A DNA stretch of 63,965 bases, counting the filler, from Hausera hauseri (lineage: Eukaryota): NCBI GenBank assembly GCA_046269625.1. It is 12 parts of 12 records of this genome, joined end to end, with 100 filler letters (N's around TTAATTAATTAA, not from the genome) between each part and the next. Parts side by side here need not be neighbours in the genome. Positions count along the whole stretch, not along the records: positions 33,155 to 38,251 come from JBJURY010336492.1; positions 38,352 to 42,801 come from JBJURY010575338.1; positions 42,902 to 50,447 come from JBJURY010007567.1; 9 more parts are not named here. The stretch is one strand, 5' to 3'. The position numbers and the translations under genes were made by a program. Of this stretch, positions 37,500 to 49,516 are shown one piece after another. How positions within the stretch are numbered: the stretch's first letter is position 1; the number at the start of each line of letters is the position of its first letter. Under the pieces are notes generated by a model that was not told the DNA's origin, did not search any database, and was given only the letters and a program-made list of their open reading frames with translations.

Positions 37500-38251
37500 T
37501 CATTCTTTTTCTCTCATACAAGAGTAATTGGATTTTAACATTATGGCATCGGGCAACGAATACCTGAATTTGAACGATACGCTATTATATGTAGAAGTCA
37601 TTGTTAAAAAGGACGCGGCAACGGTTCTCGCTGCAACAGACACTGTCACACCGACCAATTACCTTTTCCTCACACTTTTCCAGGAGGCTTCACTGACTCT
37701 AAACAGCGTCAAAATCGAAGGCAACACAAGTCTATACAGTATTAAAGCACTCATTGAAACGGCTCTGAATTACACTACTAACACCAAAACGACTCACTCG
37801 ATGAGAACTATCGGATACGATGCCACAGCGTCAAACCGTCAGGCGTGGGTGGCAGAATCAAAAGCACTTACCATGAGTGGACCGCTGTACTTTGACTTTT
37901 TTAATCAGCCGAAATATCTACTGCCCGGTGTTAAAGCCATGATTCGGCTCAAACGCGGCGACAGTGTCCTTTGTTTGAAAACCACCGTTGCAAATCTCAA
38001 ATCCATACTGAAAATTACCGAGGACGATTATACGTACGTTTAGTAAAGTTAGAACCATCTGTGCTCATGGGATATCGATTGGGCTTGGAAACGCAAAATG
38101 CCTGTAACCCGATACAACCCGCAGAACTTGCCTTTTACACCATACTTAAAGGTTTGACTACGTTTTGAAAAGATGCACTGTTTGGTGACATGCGATTGCC
38201 GAAATTTGTGCTCGTTACATTTCAAACGACTGTTCAACAAACGGGCAGTTA
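37500..38251 (+). pseudogene. Polinton major capsid protein (double jelly-roll, PY)
   Basis: DFNIMASGNEYLNLNDTLLYV...PTNYLFLTLF...YSIKALIETALNY...DFFNQPKYLLPGV...LYVRLVKL. Confidence 0.9.
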
Positions 38252-38862
38252 NNNNNNNNNNNNNNNNNNNNNNNNNNNNNNNNNNNNNNNNNNNNTTAAT
38301 TAATTAANNNNNNNNNNNNNNNNNNNNNNNNNNNNNNNNNNNNNNNNNNNNTATTTTATGTGTTAGTAAGTGGTGGTTATTCAGGAGAAATAGGAAGGAA
38401 AAGGTAGGTGTAGATTGACGTGGATCAAAGTGTTTTAGCGAGGAAATCGTTGACGATGGGTGTACAGTTGAGCATTGTGTTGGTCGTGGATGGTTTCATG
38501 TGACAGAATTAGCTAAATGAGTAAATTTGAAGGAAAGCAGCATATCTTCCGGTTTAATGTTGACCATAAGTTGCAAAAAATTTCGGAGACATTTCCCGAA
38601 GAAATCATTAGCGTGCAATGTGTGTTTACAAACAGAAACAGTGAAATATAATTTGGGTTTAGTGTCATTACATGTTCGAAGTTTTGACAACAAATGATTT
38701 TTTACTGTATATAATGATGTGACTGGTAACCTTAAGGTCCATCCGTATCCATTAACAATCATGGTTAGTGATTGGATCAGTAATGTTCTGTGTACAATGT
38801 GGTATTTAGCTGTCTGTTTTATGTCAAATTTCATTTTAGCAGAATGAATCAATTGTTAAGTA

Positions 38863-39177
38863 CTAATTGATTGATACCATCCTTGATATACAAGGAGATT
38901 TGCCAATAATGTTAACAAGGGCAACACGGAATCGAATAAAATAATAGAAATGGTGGTGTGAGATGTACGCAAAGTCCGAATTTGCAATGTACTGCCATGT
39001 TACATTACAACCGACTGATATAACAGCATACGTAATAAGAAATATTAGAATATTAAATATAAATAAAATTATTCCCCCGATTTGAAGGTATTTATTTAAT
39101 GTATTGGTAGTAGTCTTTGAATAAGCTTCCATGAGAAACAGAATAAACATATATTGACAAAATGCCGAAATAGTCAT
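38863..39177 (-). CDS. Possible small membrane-protein fragment
   Basis: Two hydrophobic stretches; no family recognised. Confidence 0.2.
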   Translation of the reverse strand: MTISAFCQYMFILFLMEAYSKTTTNTLNKYLQIGGIILFIFNILIFLITYAVISVGCNVTWQYIANSDFAYISHHHFYYFIRFRVALVNIIGKSPCISRMVSIN

Positions 39178-42100
39178 AGTCCGATTTCGAAATAAAAAAA
39201 ACTAAATTCCATATATAAATTATTGTATATGTCTAAGAGTAGTGGCCATTTTTCTTTCCGATCACTACGTAATGCAATCCAATCGTATTCTTGTAAAATA
39301 TTTGCTCCTCCATGAGTTGAACCGGTTACTCGAACATTTAGACTGGAATGAAATCTTGTAAGGTTGGAAATAATAATCGGCAATTCAACATTTATGGCCC
39401 ATACAAGTCCCCGTATGTTAGTTGAGAGGTGGCTAACAACTAACATGTGAGCTCGCAATTCCAATTCCATGTCATCTTGATAAATAAATCTTTCAAGCCA
39501 TCCAACGAACATATATCATCATCTATGTCTCTTGACGCTTTATTTATAGTTACCATGCATTCCTGAACATCTCCCCTAAACATTAAGAAATCAAAACTAT
39601 CTTTATGTTCTGACATTAATCCGTATGGATGTGGAGGTAATATCAATTCTCTTGATTTATATTTTCCTTTGTTCGACATTCTAAAATCGTCTGGATCATT
39701 AAATACTACAGTTCGCAGTTCATAACTCGTAAAGTAGTCCATTAAGCGTTCGTCTAAAGTTCTACAGTATTCGAGGTTATATTTTTCTTTCCAGGACTCA
39801 CAGAAAAAATTAACAGAATTATTATTGGCTAGTTGTTCGAAATGAATTGGCAGATATAAAAGCCGAGAAAATAACATGTACCCAGAGAATCCCATATGCA
39901 AAATATTGAAAGCTTCCATTGTTAAATTGTTGACAACTGCATCATCTTCACAAGCTTCTTGTAAAACGTCAATTGCTGCTTCTGATACTCCAGGGTCAGT
40001 GTCATGTATTTGCTTCAATAAAAAGCTTACTCCCCCATTAGCAAAATATGGTAATTTTGCCCTTAAAAGTACTCTGAGAAATTTTGTTGTATATTGACGA
40101 ATGCACACAATGGGTGAATTGACGGCAACTGTCAACAGATTTAGGTCTATAGATGGACGCGTATAATCAAGACACCCGAGTATCAAATTTGCATAAACAT
40201 CACTGGATCCATAATCGAGTAACAGTTTAAAAATATGTAAAAATTTATATTCTTCCAAAAGTGCTTTGCCGAATTCTGTTGAAGTCATTCGACCAAGAGG
40301 AGGAAACTTATACGAATTACATTTGTAATTAAATTCATATTCGCTAAATGATGAATCTTCAAACATCGCGTCAGTAGTTGCATATATTATAAGTTGTTTA
40401 TAATCATATGCTACTCCGTATTTCAGACATTCACGAAATGATCTATTCATAAATTTTAAAAACCGAACCAACTCTTCACTAATGGTCGAATTTTTGGTTG
40501 ATTGAACTAAACAATTAATTATATCGATAAGCACAAAATTGGCTTTTAAAGAAAAACTCCATGTCAGCTGCAGAGGTACAAAATACTGTTCCGCGTAACT
40601 TAAAGAGTCCATAATGGACTTGTCGGATTTTGGATTTTGAATAAAAAACTCCAACAGCCTTTTCAATATTCTGTTGATTACATCTCTAACGAAGTTTGCA
40701 GACATTGTAGAACTTTGAAGGGCTCTTGCAAAGATCATTAATAAATCCCAGTCCCATAAATTGTAAAATTGTTTAGAATGATATAAAGTGTCATCTAAAA
40801 CATGACTGAAACGTTCAGCGAGTTCCAGTAAAACATTGAACTTTTGACTTTTACTATTCACTGACGAACTTTTCTTCGATGCTAAACTTGTAGGGACGTA
40901 GCAACTTTCAAGAATATTATCTATGTTTGCCGGATGAATAAATGTCATAGAAACGGATAGTCCGTCATTTATAGTACTTATTGGCTGAATAATAGAATTC
41001 ATCAAAGGAGTGATATCAAAAAGCTCCTGTTCAAGTAAACTGTGGATTTGATGCATCCATAATATGGTTTTTTTCGATCTAGGATGAGTGAAAAGTGTAG
41101 CTGTATCAATTTTATTAAGAAGTGGATGATCTGAAGAAAGTAGAACCGAAGCTTTATAAGAAAGTATGACTAGAAGAAGACCTGCTCTGACAGACTCATT
41201 TTCATTTTGCACAGCAGTTGCAAGAGCTTCAAGAAGATTATTTTGAACAAATATGCCTATAACAATGACGTGGGAATTGTCAAGAATTTTGATTCGATTT
41301 GCGGATAAATAAGGTAAACAATCGTAACATTGTGTCACAAAAGATTCATCATCGAGTCGCCAAGACGGTATGTATTTGCCGTTTTTTTGATCTTCGATTG
41401 ACTTAGTACAAGTACGGAAATCCTCAAATTCTGGAGGGGGTCGAAAAACGTGGAATAACTGAAATAATAAAACTAAAATTCTCTTCCTAATATTAGTAGA
41501 GCCCATTTTCAAGAGACTAGTTAAAAACAAAATTGTCTGGCTGCTACGTCCATATAAATAGAGAAATCCTGGCCAAGAGTGAAGTATTTTCAATAAAACA
41601 AAAATAGAATGTGTTTCAACTTCCCCATGATCATCATTGAAAGCCCTCGAATCCTCTTTTGGAACTGACGAAAGATCATACAATATTGAAAATGGTGCTA
41701 AGGATCTATGGAAATATCCATCGGGTATGTGACTCCGAAATAACGGGTGGGAAACAAGCTTACGCAGCAACAAAAGGACTGCTTCGATTATGTTTAAATC
41801 AAAATTAATAATTAGACCTTCTTTGATGAAAATGGCTGTCTGAAATGCTTCTAGAATTTGACTCTGATGTATTAAGTTGGGAATAAAATTGGTAAGATGA
41901 AATAATATCATCAAGGTAGGTCGTAATGCTGGGTCAATCGGTGTAATATTGCATTTTGAGCATGTTACACAACTACCAACCATACAATTTACAATATAAA
42001 TTAGAATGAGTTTTGGCAGAATCAAAACTAATCTAAACAGCAATCTCATGGCCGGAATTCGCTCAACGTCCCTTTTATTATAATACTGTGGAGAAACGGC

Positions 42101-42801
42101 ATCGTGATACGATAGATCCAAGGATTGTCTTAGGAAAAATTCAACTATCATTTTCACACAAATTTCCGAATGACGGCTATTTAAAACATGATATCGTAAA
42201 CATCGCAATGTTGCAACTCTCGGTGATTTATATTGACTCCATAAACAATATTTAATTAATGAGTAAATGGATATCATAAAATGGATATCATAGACCAATA
42301 CATTCAAATAAGAAATACATGTTTCCAAATCATATTCAAAGTCATCATTGCAAAATTGTGATAAAATTTTGGCATAACTAATTACAGCATCATTAGACTT
42401 TTAATTTTTGCTAAATCAAAACTATTTTCCTTATCACTACGTCCTACTTTTATTACTACATTGATAAATGAATCTGATTTATCACATATTGTGAACATGA
42501 CAAAAGTGTAACGATTTGGGTTGTTGAAAGGTAAATTTACATTAATAGGCAGACAGTGATGTGGGTAATAGTCGCAGTGTGTTCCAAAAACAAAAGTCTG
42601 ACTAACCAATGTCGTTCGATTAAAAATCACGGATTTGTGTCCCGAAATGCATGAAAGCCAATCGTATGATTGCTGACACCAATTATAATGATCTGCGGCC
42701 GAAGAGTTCTTAAAATTATTAGCAAAAAGTATAATAATGTCAGGTTTAACCTGCATTTTTGGGTGCATGGAAAACGACTTTGATATTTCCAGAGGCACCA
42801 A
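39174..42801 (-). pseudogene. RICTOR: RICTOR (mTORC2 subunit), divergent; a 962-aa ORF with frameshifted flanking pieces
   Basis: VATLRCLRY; ERIPAMRL; ILHSWPGFL; IRQYTTKFLRVLLR; LLKQIHD...AIDVLQEAC; LPPHPYG; in the next frame ELRAHMLVVSHLST...SLNVR...GANILQEYDW...WPLL. Frame changes at ~42390 and ~39480. Confidence 0.9.
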
Positions 42802-43024
42802 NNNNNNNNNNNNNNNNNNNNNNNNNNNNNNNNNNNNNNNNNNNNTTAATTAATTAANNNNNNNNNNNNNNNNNNNNNNNNNNNNNNNNNNNNNNNNNNN
42901 NGAAAAAATTAGATAATTGTAAAGTTTGGAGTATGAAGAGTATAATTATGAATATTACAAATTAATGAAGATTTATAAAAATTGAAATAATAAATGTAAA
43001 AAATGAAATAAAAAATTAAAAGTA

Positions 43025-43130
43025 CCATTCTAAAAATGGAACTAAACGACATGGTGTCGAATATTCCAATTTTAAAAATTCAAAAATTCCATTTCTAAAA
43101 ATGGAAACAAACGGTATGGTGTCGAACGAC
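43025..43130 (+). repeat. Two-copy ~64-bp tandem repeat
   Basis: CCATT(T)CTAAAAATGGAA..AAACG..ATGGTGTCGAA at 43025 and 43089. Confidence 0.75.
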
Positions 43131-44764
43131 CCAGTATAAATACCTTTGCAAAACTCTCTTAAAAACTCTCTCGAACCTATTAAATTTAACTTTACGGACT
43201 ACAGACTAGGTTAGACCCTACGTTAGTTTATAAAATTATTGCTATTAGGAAATTGACCATGGCTGAACAACATGATCCTTACGACCACAATTCTACAGAA
43301 GGAGTAACAGGTATGCGTCCTTTCAGATTATTTGCGATTGTATTTTAATTTTTATATTTTTGTATAAATTTGTATTTATCAATAAATATTTTGAAAATGA
43401 AATTGAATTGGAATGGGGTAGCGATGGATAAGGTGTTGTGAACAATCGGAAGATCGGACGGTGATACTAAGAAAGCGATGATTAGAGGACTGAAAGTTGT
43501 TTGGAAAAATTCAATGAATCCGAAAGTATGACGAAACCGATGGAAGATATAAATATATGATTGAAAGTTGTTTAGAAATCAGACGACTAGAAATTATGAT
43601 GATGGTTAAGTAATACTATAAATAAATGTGTTGACGTTTATTATGTTTCAATTGTAGTATGAATATTAATAATAAATTTAACATAAAAACAGTCAACTTT
43701 AAGCTGATTTATTTTTATGAATTTCAGGGGTTGATTGTATCCAGGACAAGTCGATAAGACTTGGTAATTGGAGGGTGAAAACTTTTGATAATACTTGTCA
43801 CTGTGGTGTCAGTTCGTCATGTAATTCGGGTTGAAATGGTCGTGTTGATGATCGTGATTGCAATTTAAATTTAAGAATCGACTGTATACGACCAGCGGAA
43901 TTGGATAATGTTAACATATGCTACAGATGCGACATGCAGAGGTCATTAGAGAGCATGCGTCTATTTATATGTATCATAACAATCAATAGCAAATAACGGA
44001 ACTGACCGCGTCTACATTTAATTATAGCGTATAAGAAATTGATATGTTAGTAATCGACATGATCATGTACTCGTTTTCATTTTCAATATGAATTTTGACT
44101 GTATGTATGAATTTTGAAGTTACTCATATGTGGAAGTTACTGGTATGTGTTTTGGGAATTCTGAGAGTGATTCTGGTTTGCATGTGGAATTTGATGAATA
44201 TACTCATCTATGGACCTGAGTTAACTTAGGATTTTCGTGTCAGAAAATAATCGTTTGAACTTCCACTTTTTACATATTCCACATCTATATGGGTCAGCAT
44301 GTTAAATGCATCAACTTAATAATTGCTTGATTGTGAAACACGCATTTCAACATTTTTGTGTCAGGATTAGCGGGAGTTTTATGGGGATTCTGCCGTTCCA
44401 TTATGTCGAAATTTGCAGATCTTATGGACAATGATGCTAGTGAGAGTTGAAGGATAATGCTTTGTAACGAGATGTGCCTCTGTGGTATTAATTCAATGTC
44501 CCGATATTGTGCTGTTTACCGAAGTGACCATCGAATTAAGTTTAGATCAAATTGTGTGCAGTTTCGAACCTTGTATGACTGATTTAAGTTCGTGTATAAA
44601 TATAATATCATAGCTTGAAGAGCTATCAACTCGGATATATAGGTGTAATATAATAGTTTAAATGAGTGAATATAAATATATCGTCAAAGTACGCATGTGT
44701 TACGTATTGATAACATTCGTTTTATAATTAGAAGTGAATTTAAACTTGAGATTAATATAAATAA

Positions 44765-45000
44765 ATTTTGGTTAGATAATTTTCTTTTATTGCTTATTCA
44801 TCAAATCAAATTTGGAATTAATATAATTAAATTTTGAGTGAAAAGATTTCCTTTTATTGATTATTCATTAATTAAATACGAGATCGGTGCAATTAGACTT
44901 TTGGACGAAGCGATTTCCTTTTATTGATTAGATTTGAAATCAATATAATTATTTTTGGACAGAACGATTTCCTTATATTAATTGTTCATTAATATCACAT
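44765..45000 (+). repeat. Degenerate ~55-66-bp tandem repeat, four copies
   Basis: Recurrent TTT(C)CTTTTATTG.TTA core. Confidence 0.7.
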
Positions 45001-45017
45001 TTGTATTAATTACGCAA

Positions 45018-45030
45018 TGGTGACCGCAAT
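45018..45030 (+). promoter_or_regulatory. Possible PBS of a separate plus-strand LTR element
   Basis: ...TACGCA A TGGTGACCGC; downstream gag-like EYLHDFEEMVDPW and integrase-tail-like PFKVIKYINP remnants. Confidence 0.35.
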
Positions 45031-45468
45031 CTTTTATCTTGTATTAAATGCCCCGTTTAATTATGCGAAACCCGTCGGTAGAAGATGTCGCGGATAACAT
45101 ATACAGTATTGGGAAATTTCGAATATTTGCATGATTTTGAAGAAATGGTCGATCCTTGGGAGGAACAGGAGAGATGAATCAACTGGTGAAGAATGTGGAG
45201 CAAGTGGAGCAATCATGATCATCGGAAGGAAAAATGCATTTCTTGCAACGAATAAAGGATCTAAAGGAGACCCATGCGCCGACGATATGAAATTGTTCTA
45301 AGAAGGAACATTAGTCTACCCTCAACTCACGAAATCCTTCAGATATTGGAGACATCCGAGAATAACCTTTTCAGATATTGAAGGCAACAAGATTATTGGT
45401 AGACGTGAACTCCTACGGATTTATATGTTAGGTACCATTTAAGGTTATCAAATATATTAACCCCTGTA

Positions 45469-46158
45469 TCACCAACACCAATGTCTCAGTTCTTTTTGGT
45501 TCTGAGGTTCCATACAGTCAGAAATTTTGTTCAGCAATGATTTATCTGGTTTCGATCCTCCTTCGCCAACTATATGACCAAGGTAGGATACGGCATTTTG
45601 AGCCCATTTACATTTCTTTGGGTTTAGCTTTAATCCAGCTTGTTCTAGTCTCATTAGAGTGTCCTCAGTATCCTTTATATGCTCTTTTTCGTCTTTTGAT
45701 GCAGTCATTACATCGTCTATGTACGCAAATGCATTTTCAAGTCCCATTAGCAACTTATTCATCATCCTGGTAAATATGGCTGGTCCAGTGGTAATTCCAA
45801 ACGGCATAACGTTGAATTCGTATATGCCATCATGAGTTTTAAACGCAGTCTTATAACGATCTTCATCTTCAATTTCTACCTGCCAATATCCGGATTGTAA
45901 GTCCAGAGTAGTGAACCATTTTGCTCCAGAGAGCCTATCTAGAGCTTCTTTCACAGATGGTAAGGGAAAAGAATCTTTCATTATGACAGTATTTAATGCT
46001 CTGTAATAGATACAAAATCGATGTTTCGTGGTTTCTTTCTTTCTGACCATAAGAATAGGTAAGTACCATTATCTAATACTAGGTCGAATTATATCGGCCT
46101 TTAACATACGTTTTACTTCTTTAGTTATTTACAGTCTTAGATAATGCAGTGGCGGATA
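45469..46158 (-). pseudogene. Ty3/gypsy reverse transcriptase (truncated before RNase H)
   Basis: EVKRMLKADIIRPS; FCIYYRALN; LDLQSGYWQV; KTAF; VMPFG; AYIDDV; LKLNPKKC; YLGH. Same frame as the protease ORF. Confidence 0.95.
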
Positions 46159-47376
46159 CTATTTTGGCAATTTCTGTTCCTCGAGATCAATTTCATAGTT
46201 AGAACCAGGCTTTTTCTTAAGAAGTATAGTTAATTTCAATGCCTTTGCGCGACCAATATTTTCTTTGTCTTTTGCAATAATTAATTTATATCGACATAAT
46301 AATTCGTAAAACTGGCAATAAGCTTCTGGCGAAAACTTCGTATCGACGTGTGGTGGAAATTCTGCGTATTTATACGGTTTCTCTTCGACCGTTATCGCTG
46401 ATACCTTGTAGGTTTGTCCTAGAGTAGTGTTAGCATATAACTTTACTGGAGTTTGAGCATTATTCACTATCCTCACAGGTATTCGACCGGATGCTACTCG
46501 GGTTAATATATTGCTTAATATTATATTCGGGTTTAGCGTTTCTTTCGGCTCGAAATATACTGGTATATCGTCGTCTTGACAAATTTGTGCAAATATTAAC
46601 AATTCCGTTCTAGGCGGAATGTTCTTGTCAACCGGAATCCATACTTCTCCGGTTTCTCTTTCTTTATTAACTTTAGTCCCTTTTATCGGTCCGAGCTCGA
46701 TTAACTTCGAGGTATTTAGATCTATCGCGACGTTTGTTAGACGTCTTAATACATCACATCCGATTACTACGTCGTCTGTTAAATGTTCCATTATAGAGAA
46801 TTCATGTTGGAACGTCTGTCCCATTATTTTAAGACTAGATTTCCATTTGAATTTTGGTCTTGATTCTTGTCCGAAAGTTCCTATACGTCCGGGATCGGTT
46901 GCAAGTGGCGGTCTTAATTGACTTCGCAGTGTTTTCGGTATCGATCCGTCTTTTATAAATGATCTCTGTGATCCGGTATCTACTAGTGCGTAGACTTCCC
47001 AATCGTCAATACTAATTTTTGCGAAAGGTCTACCTTCCTTTATCTTAGGTTGTTTAGTGACGGATATCTTGTAACCATTTATATTAATTTCTGGTGCTTT
47101 ATTTTCGGCTACCTGCCGTAGTTCCTCAATAGGATACAATCCATTATTCACACCGTTTTCGTTGTCTCGGTCCGGTGTATTGCTTAGCGGTTCTCGGTTG
47201 TCTTGATTACGGAAGGATTGCATTCGTTGATTATCCCAATTTAATGAGTTGGTTTCTACGCTCCGTGAAATCCTTGGAGAGTATATTATCTTGCGATCAT
47301 CTGCTGGCCAGCGACATAATTCGGATTTTTCTCTGGTTCGGTACATTTTTCGTAGCATGCCGTATTGTTTTGTCAC
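46159..47376 (-). CDS. Aspartic protease plus beta-rich PR-RT linker
   Basis: ALVDTGSQRSF; DVVIGCDVL; IPPRTE...IPVRIVN...VKLYANTTLG. Confidence 0.92.
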   Translation of the reverse strand: MTKQYGMLRKMYRTREKSELCRWPADDRKIIYSPRISRSVETNSLNWDNQRMQSFRNQDNREPLSNTPDRDNENGVNNGLYPIEELRQVAENKAPEININGYKISVTKQPKIKEGRPFAKISIDDWEVYALVDTGSQRSFIKDGSIPKTLRSQLRPPLATDPGRIGTFGQESRPKFKWKSSLKIMGQTFQHEFSIMEHLTDDVVIGCDVLRRLTNVAIDLNTSKLIELGPIKGTKVNKERETGEVWIPVDKNIPPRTELLIFAQICQDDDIPVYFEPKETLNPNIILSNILTRVASGRIPVRIVNNAQTPVKLYANTTLGQTYKVSAITVEEKPYKYAEFPPHVDTKFSPEAYCQFYELLCRYKLIIAKDKENIGRAKALKLTILLKKKPGSNYEIDLEEQKLPK

Positions 47377-49516
47377 TTCATAGGGATCTTCATAACTGAA
47401 AGGCTTCCGATATATTTCTGAACTATAGGGTTAAGAGATCTCTTATCACTGTCTTCGTATTGCGGCGCCGAAGGGGGCAACATTGGTAAAGGCGGCCTAA
47501 GCGCCTTATGATTGCTTGTCTTGGAGACCGCGTCTCCTCCCTTAGGCTCATCATCATCCGAATGGTTTCTTCGGACTTTTGTATTTCTTTGTCTTATAAA
47601 AAATGTAGATTTTCTCTTTCGTTTTCGATTGTAGTAACTGACATGTCTCTCCACGTCGCTTTTTCATTTGTTTTCTTTGTAAGCTTTCAGAAATTTTCCA
47701 AACGGCGTTATAATTGACGTTAAGATTTTACACGAAAATCCGGTTAGAGTAAATATTTCATATCCATTTATGATAGATTGTATTATAGTCTTTACGAGTT
47801 GTACCATAAAGTAGATGGCTAAAAATCCTGATGCAGCTTGTCCGAAAATTAAAAATTTTCCCCAAATCTTATATAATATTTCTGTGGTGACTCTTTGATA
47901 ATGGTTAACACCAAGTAGGGACTCACATTTTGCTTGATAGCGAGTATCGTCCATCACAGTCGACATGGCTCTATTTAGCTCATGCGTGCGCTGTCGAGGA
48001 AAACTGTCTAAAAGCTTCAATTTCCTTTGGTCTGTAAATCCCTTTACTCGTGGTGTCGGCGAATTTATCATCTGTTATACCTTTTAGTAAGTTTGTTCCC
48101 GTTAATTTGCCAGGTGTAGCTATTATTCCTCCATTTGGCAGACTTACCCAATCTGTCTCGCTTCTTTTAAACATAGGTTTGCCTAAACCTGCTTTGCAAT
48201 CTTTGTGTCGCGTTTTCTAGAAGGACTCTAGTGAGTGGCATAGCCAATCGGGGTACATTTTGATATATGACTGGCAATTCTTGTATACAACGTTTTTCTT
48301 CTACGTTTAAAGATACGTCTCGTTTTTCGCATTCGTAGGTCAACAGGACTTCTCCGGTGACTCTTCCGAAAATACCTTCCTTCATCGGAATTACAGGTGA
48401 TGCTAGTTCTGGGTTCGCGTAAATTAAGGCCAATTTGGTTCTCATGATCTCCATATCCAATTTACAATCGTTTGCAATTATTTTGTAATATAGCTCTGCT
48501 AACCCAATTTGTCCTTTATAATAGAAGAAGTCGTCCCTATTCTTTAAATAATCTTCTATTCTTACATCTTGTGTTTCCAAATTGAAGGTAGTTATTGCGG
48601 CCTCTGCCACAAAGAATGCCTCGTAATTGATGGCATACATTACTACGTTGCACCGAGAAAGCATTTGTTTTTTTATGAATTTCAATCCGTGATCCTCGGA
48701 TATCAGTATCGTGGGTGTGGAATGCTCAGCGACGTTCTTTCTTGGTCTGGCGTTATTGTCAGTTGTCTCTACATACCTTTTTCCTGTGGTTTCATTGAAA
48801 TTTATTTCCTTGATTTTAATAAAGTTACAATCGTTCATAAGTGGTGGAGCCCAAATGACTATTGAGTTTCTGAAAGTGCAGGCACCATCTTGGTTATGGC
48901 ACTTTTGGTTTTCGGTACGCGTTTTCGTAATACTATGGTACATCATCTTTTGGTTCCTCATTTCTGTTTCGTAGAAATCGACCACTATTATTCCCGATTC
49001 TCTTCCTTTTCCGGTATCATATTCACCTCCTTTACAGTATCCGGTGTGCATATCCAGTTTTCCGATTGCTACCTTATATACTCGATTTATTTTTCCTGGT
49101 TGGGCCTCTAACTCCATCCCATCCCATCTTAATCTTCCAGTTTCTTTAGCTTGTTTACACTGTTGTCTATCTAAATCTATGGGTATTAGCAGTGTCGTCG
49201 GTTTTACTATCGACGATTGTCCGTGTATGTTTCCGCAGTGGAAAACACTTCGCGATCGTCGCAACATGCACTCTATTCCGTCTATTGCAATCAGTTCACG
49301 TTGCTGGTATAAAAAATACTTTTTCTCAATGGTTACTAACTTGTGAGGTCTAGCGTCTTCGCATAATTCCAAATCCATCAAGGAATATCTTTGTCCGACC
49401 TTAAACTTATCGCAGTCGTATACGGTGATTGCACCGAGCTGTCTTATTAACATCATAAGTGTTATTAGTTTAATCATCCAGATTGATTCACTGTCTCGCA
49501 TTGAGTTAGTTGGCAT
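47373..49516 (-). pseudogene. Full-length chuvirus-like class III fusion glycoprotein (~700 aa; two frameshifts, one stop)
   Basis: Signal peptide; ITVYDC..SLMDLELC; ECMLRRSRSVFHCG; GYCKGGEY; LYYKIIANDC; GIFGRVTGEVLLTYEC; CIQELPVIY; PLTRVL; TM region IWGKFLIFGQAASGFLAIYFMVQLVKTIIQSIINGYEIF..TGFS.KIL. Confidence 0.85.

Larger units (their letters stand above)
33155..38251. mobile_element. Polinton/Maverick (adintovirus-like) internal fragment, decayed
   Basis: Cluster of packaging ATPase, small membrane-active-like ORF, rve integrase, minor and major capsid genes. Confidence 0.92.

Noticed and set aside
5995-42801. Alternative genetic code explaining in-frame stops
   Set aside because: TAA, TAG and TGA all occur along with frameshifts, stops differ between copies, and a 962-codon ORF reads normally.
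47373-49516. Stand-alone endogenous chuvirus insertion
   Set aside because: No L polymerase or recognisable nucleoprotein; the glycoprotein is embedded in the same retroelement context in three copies.
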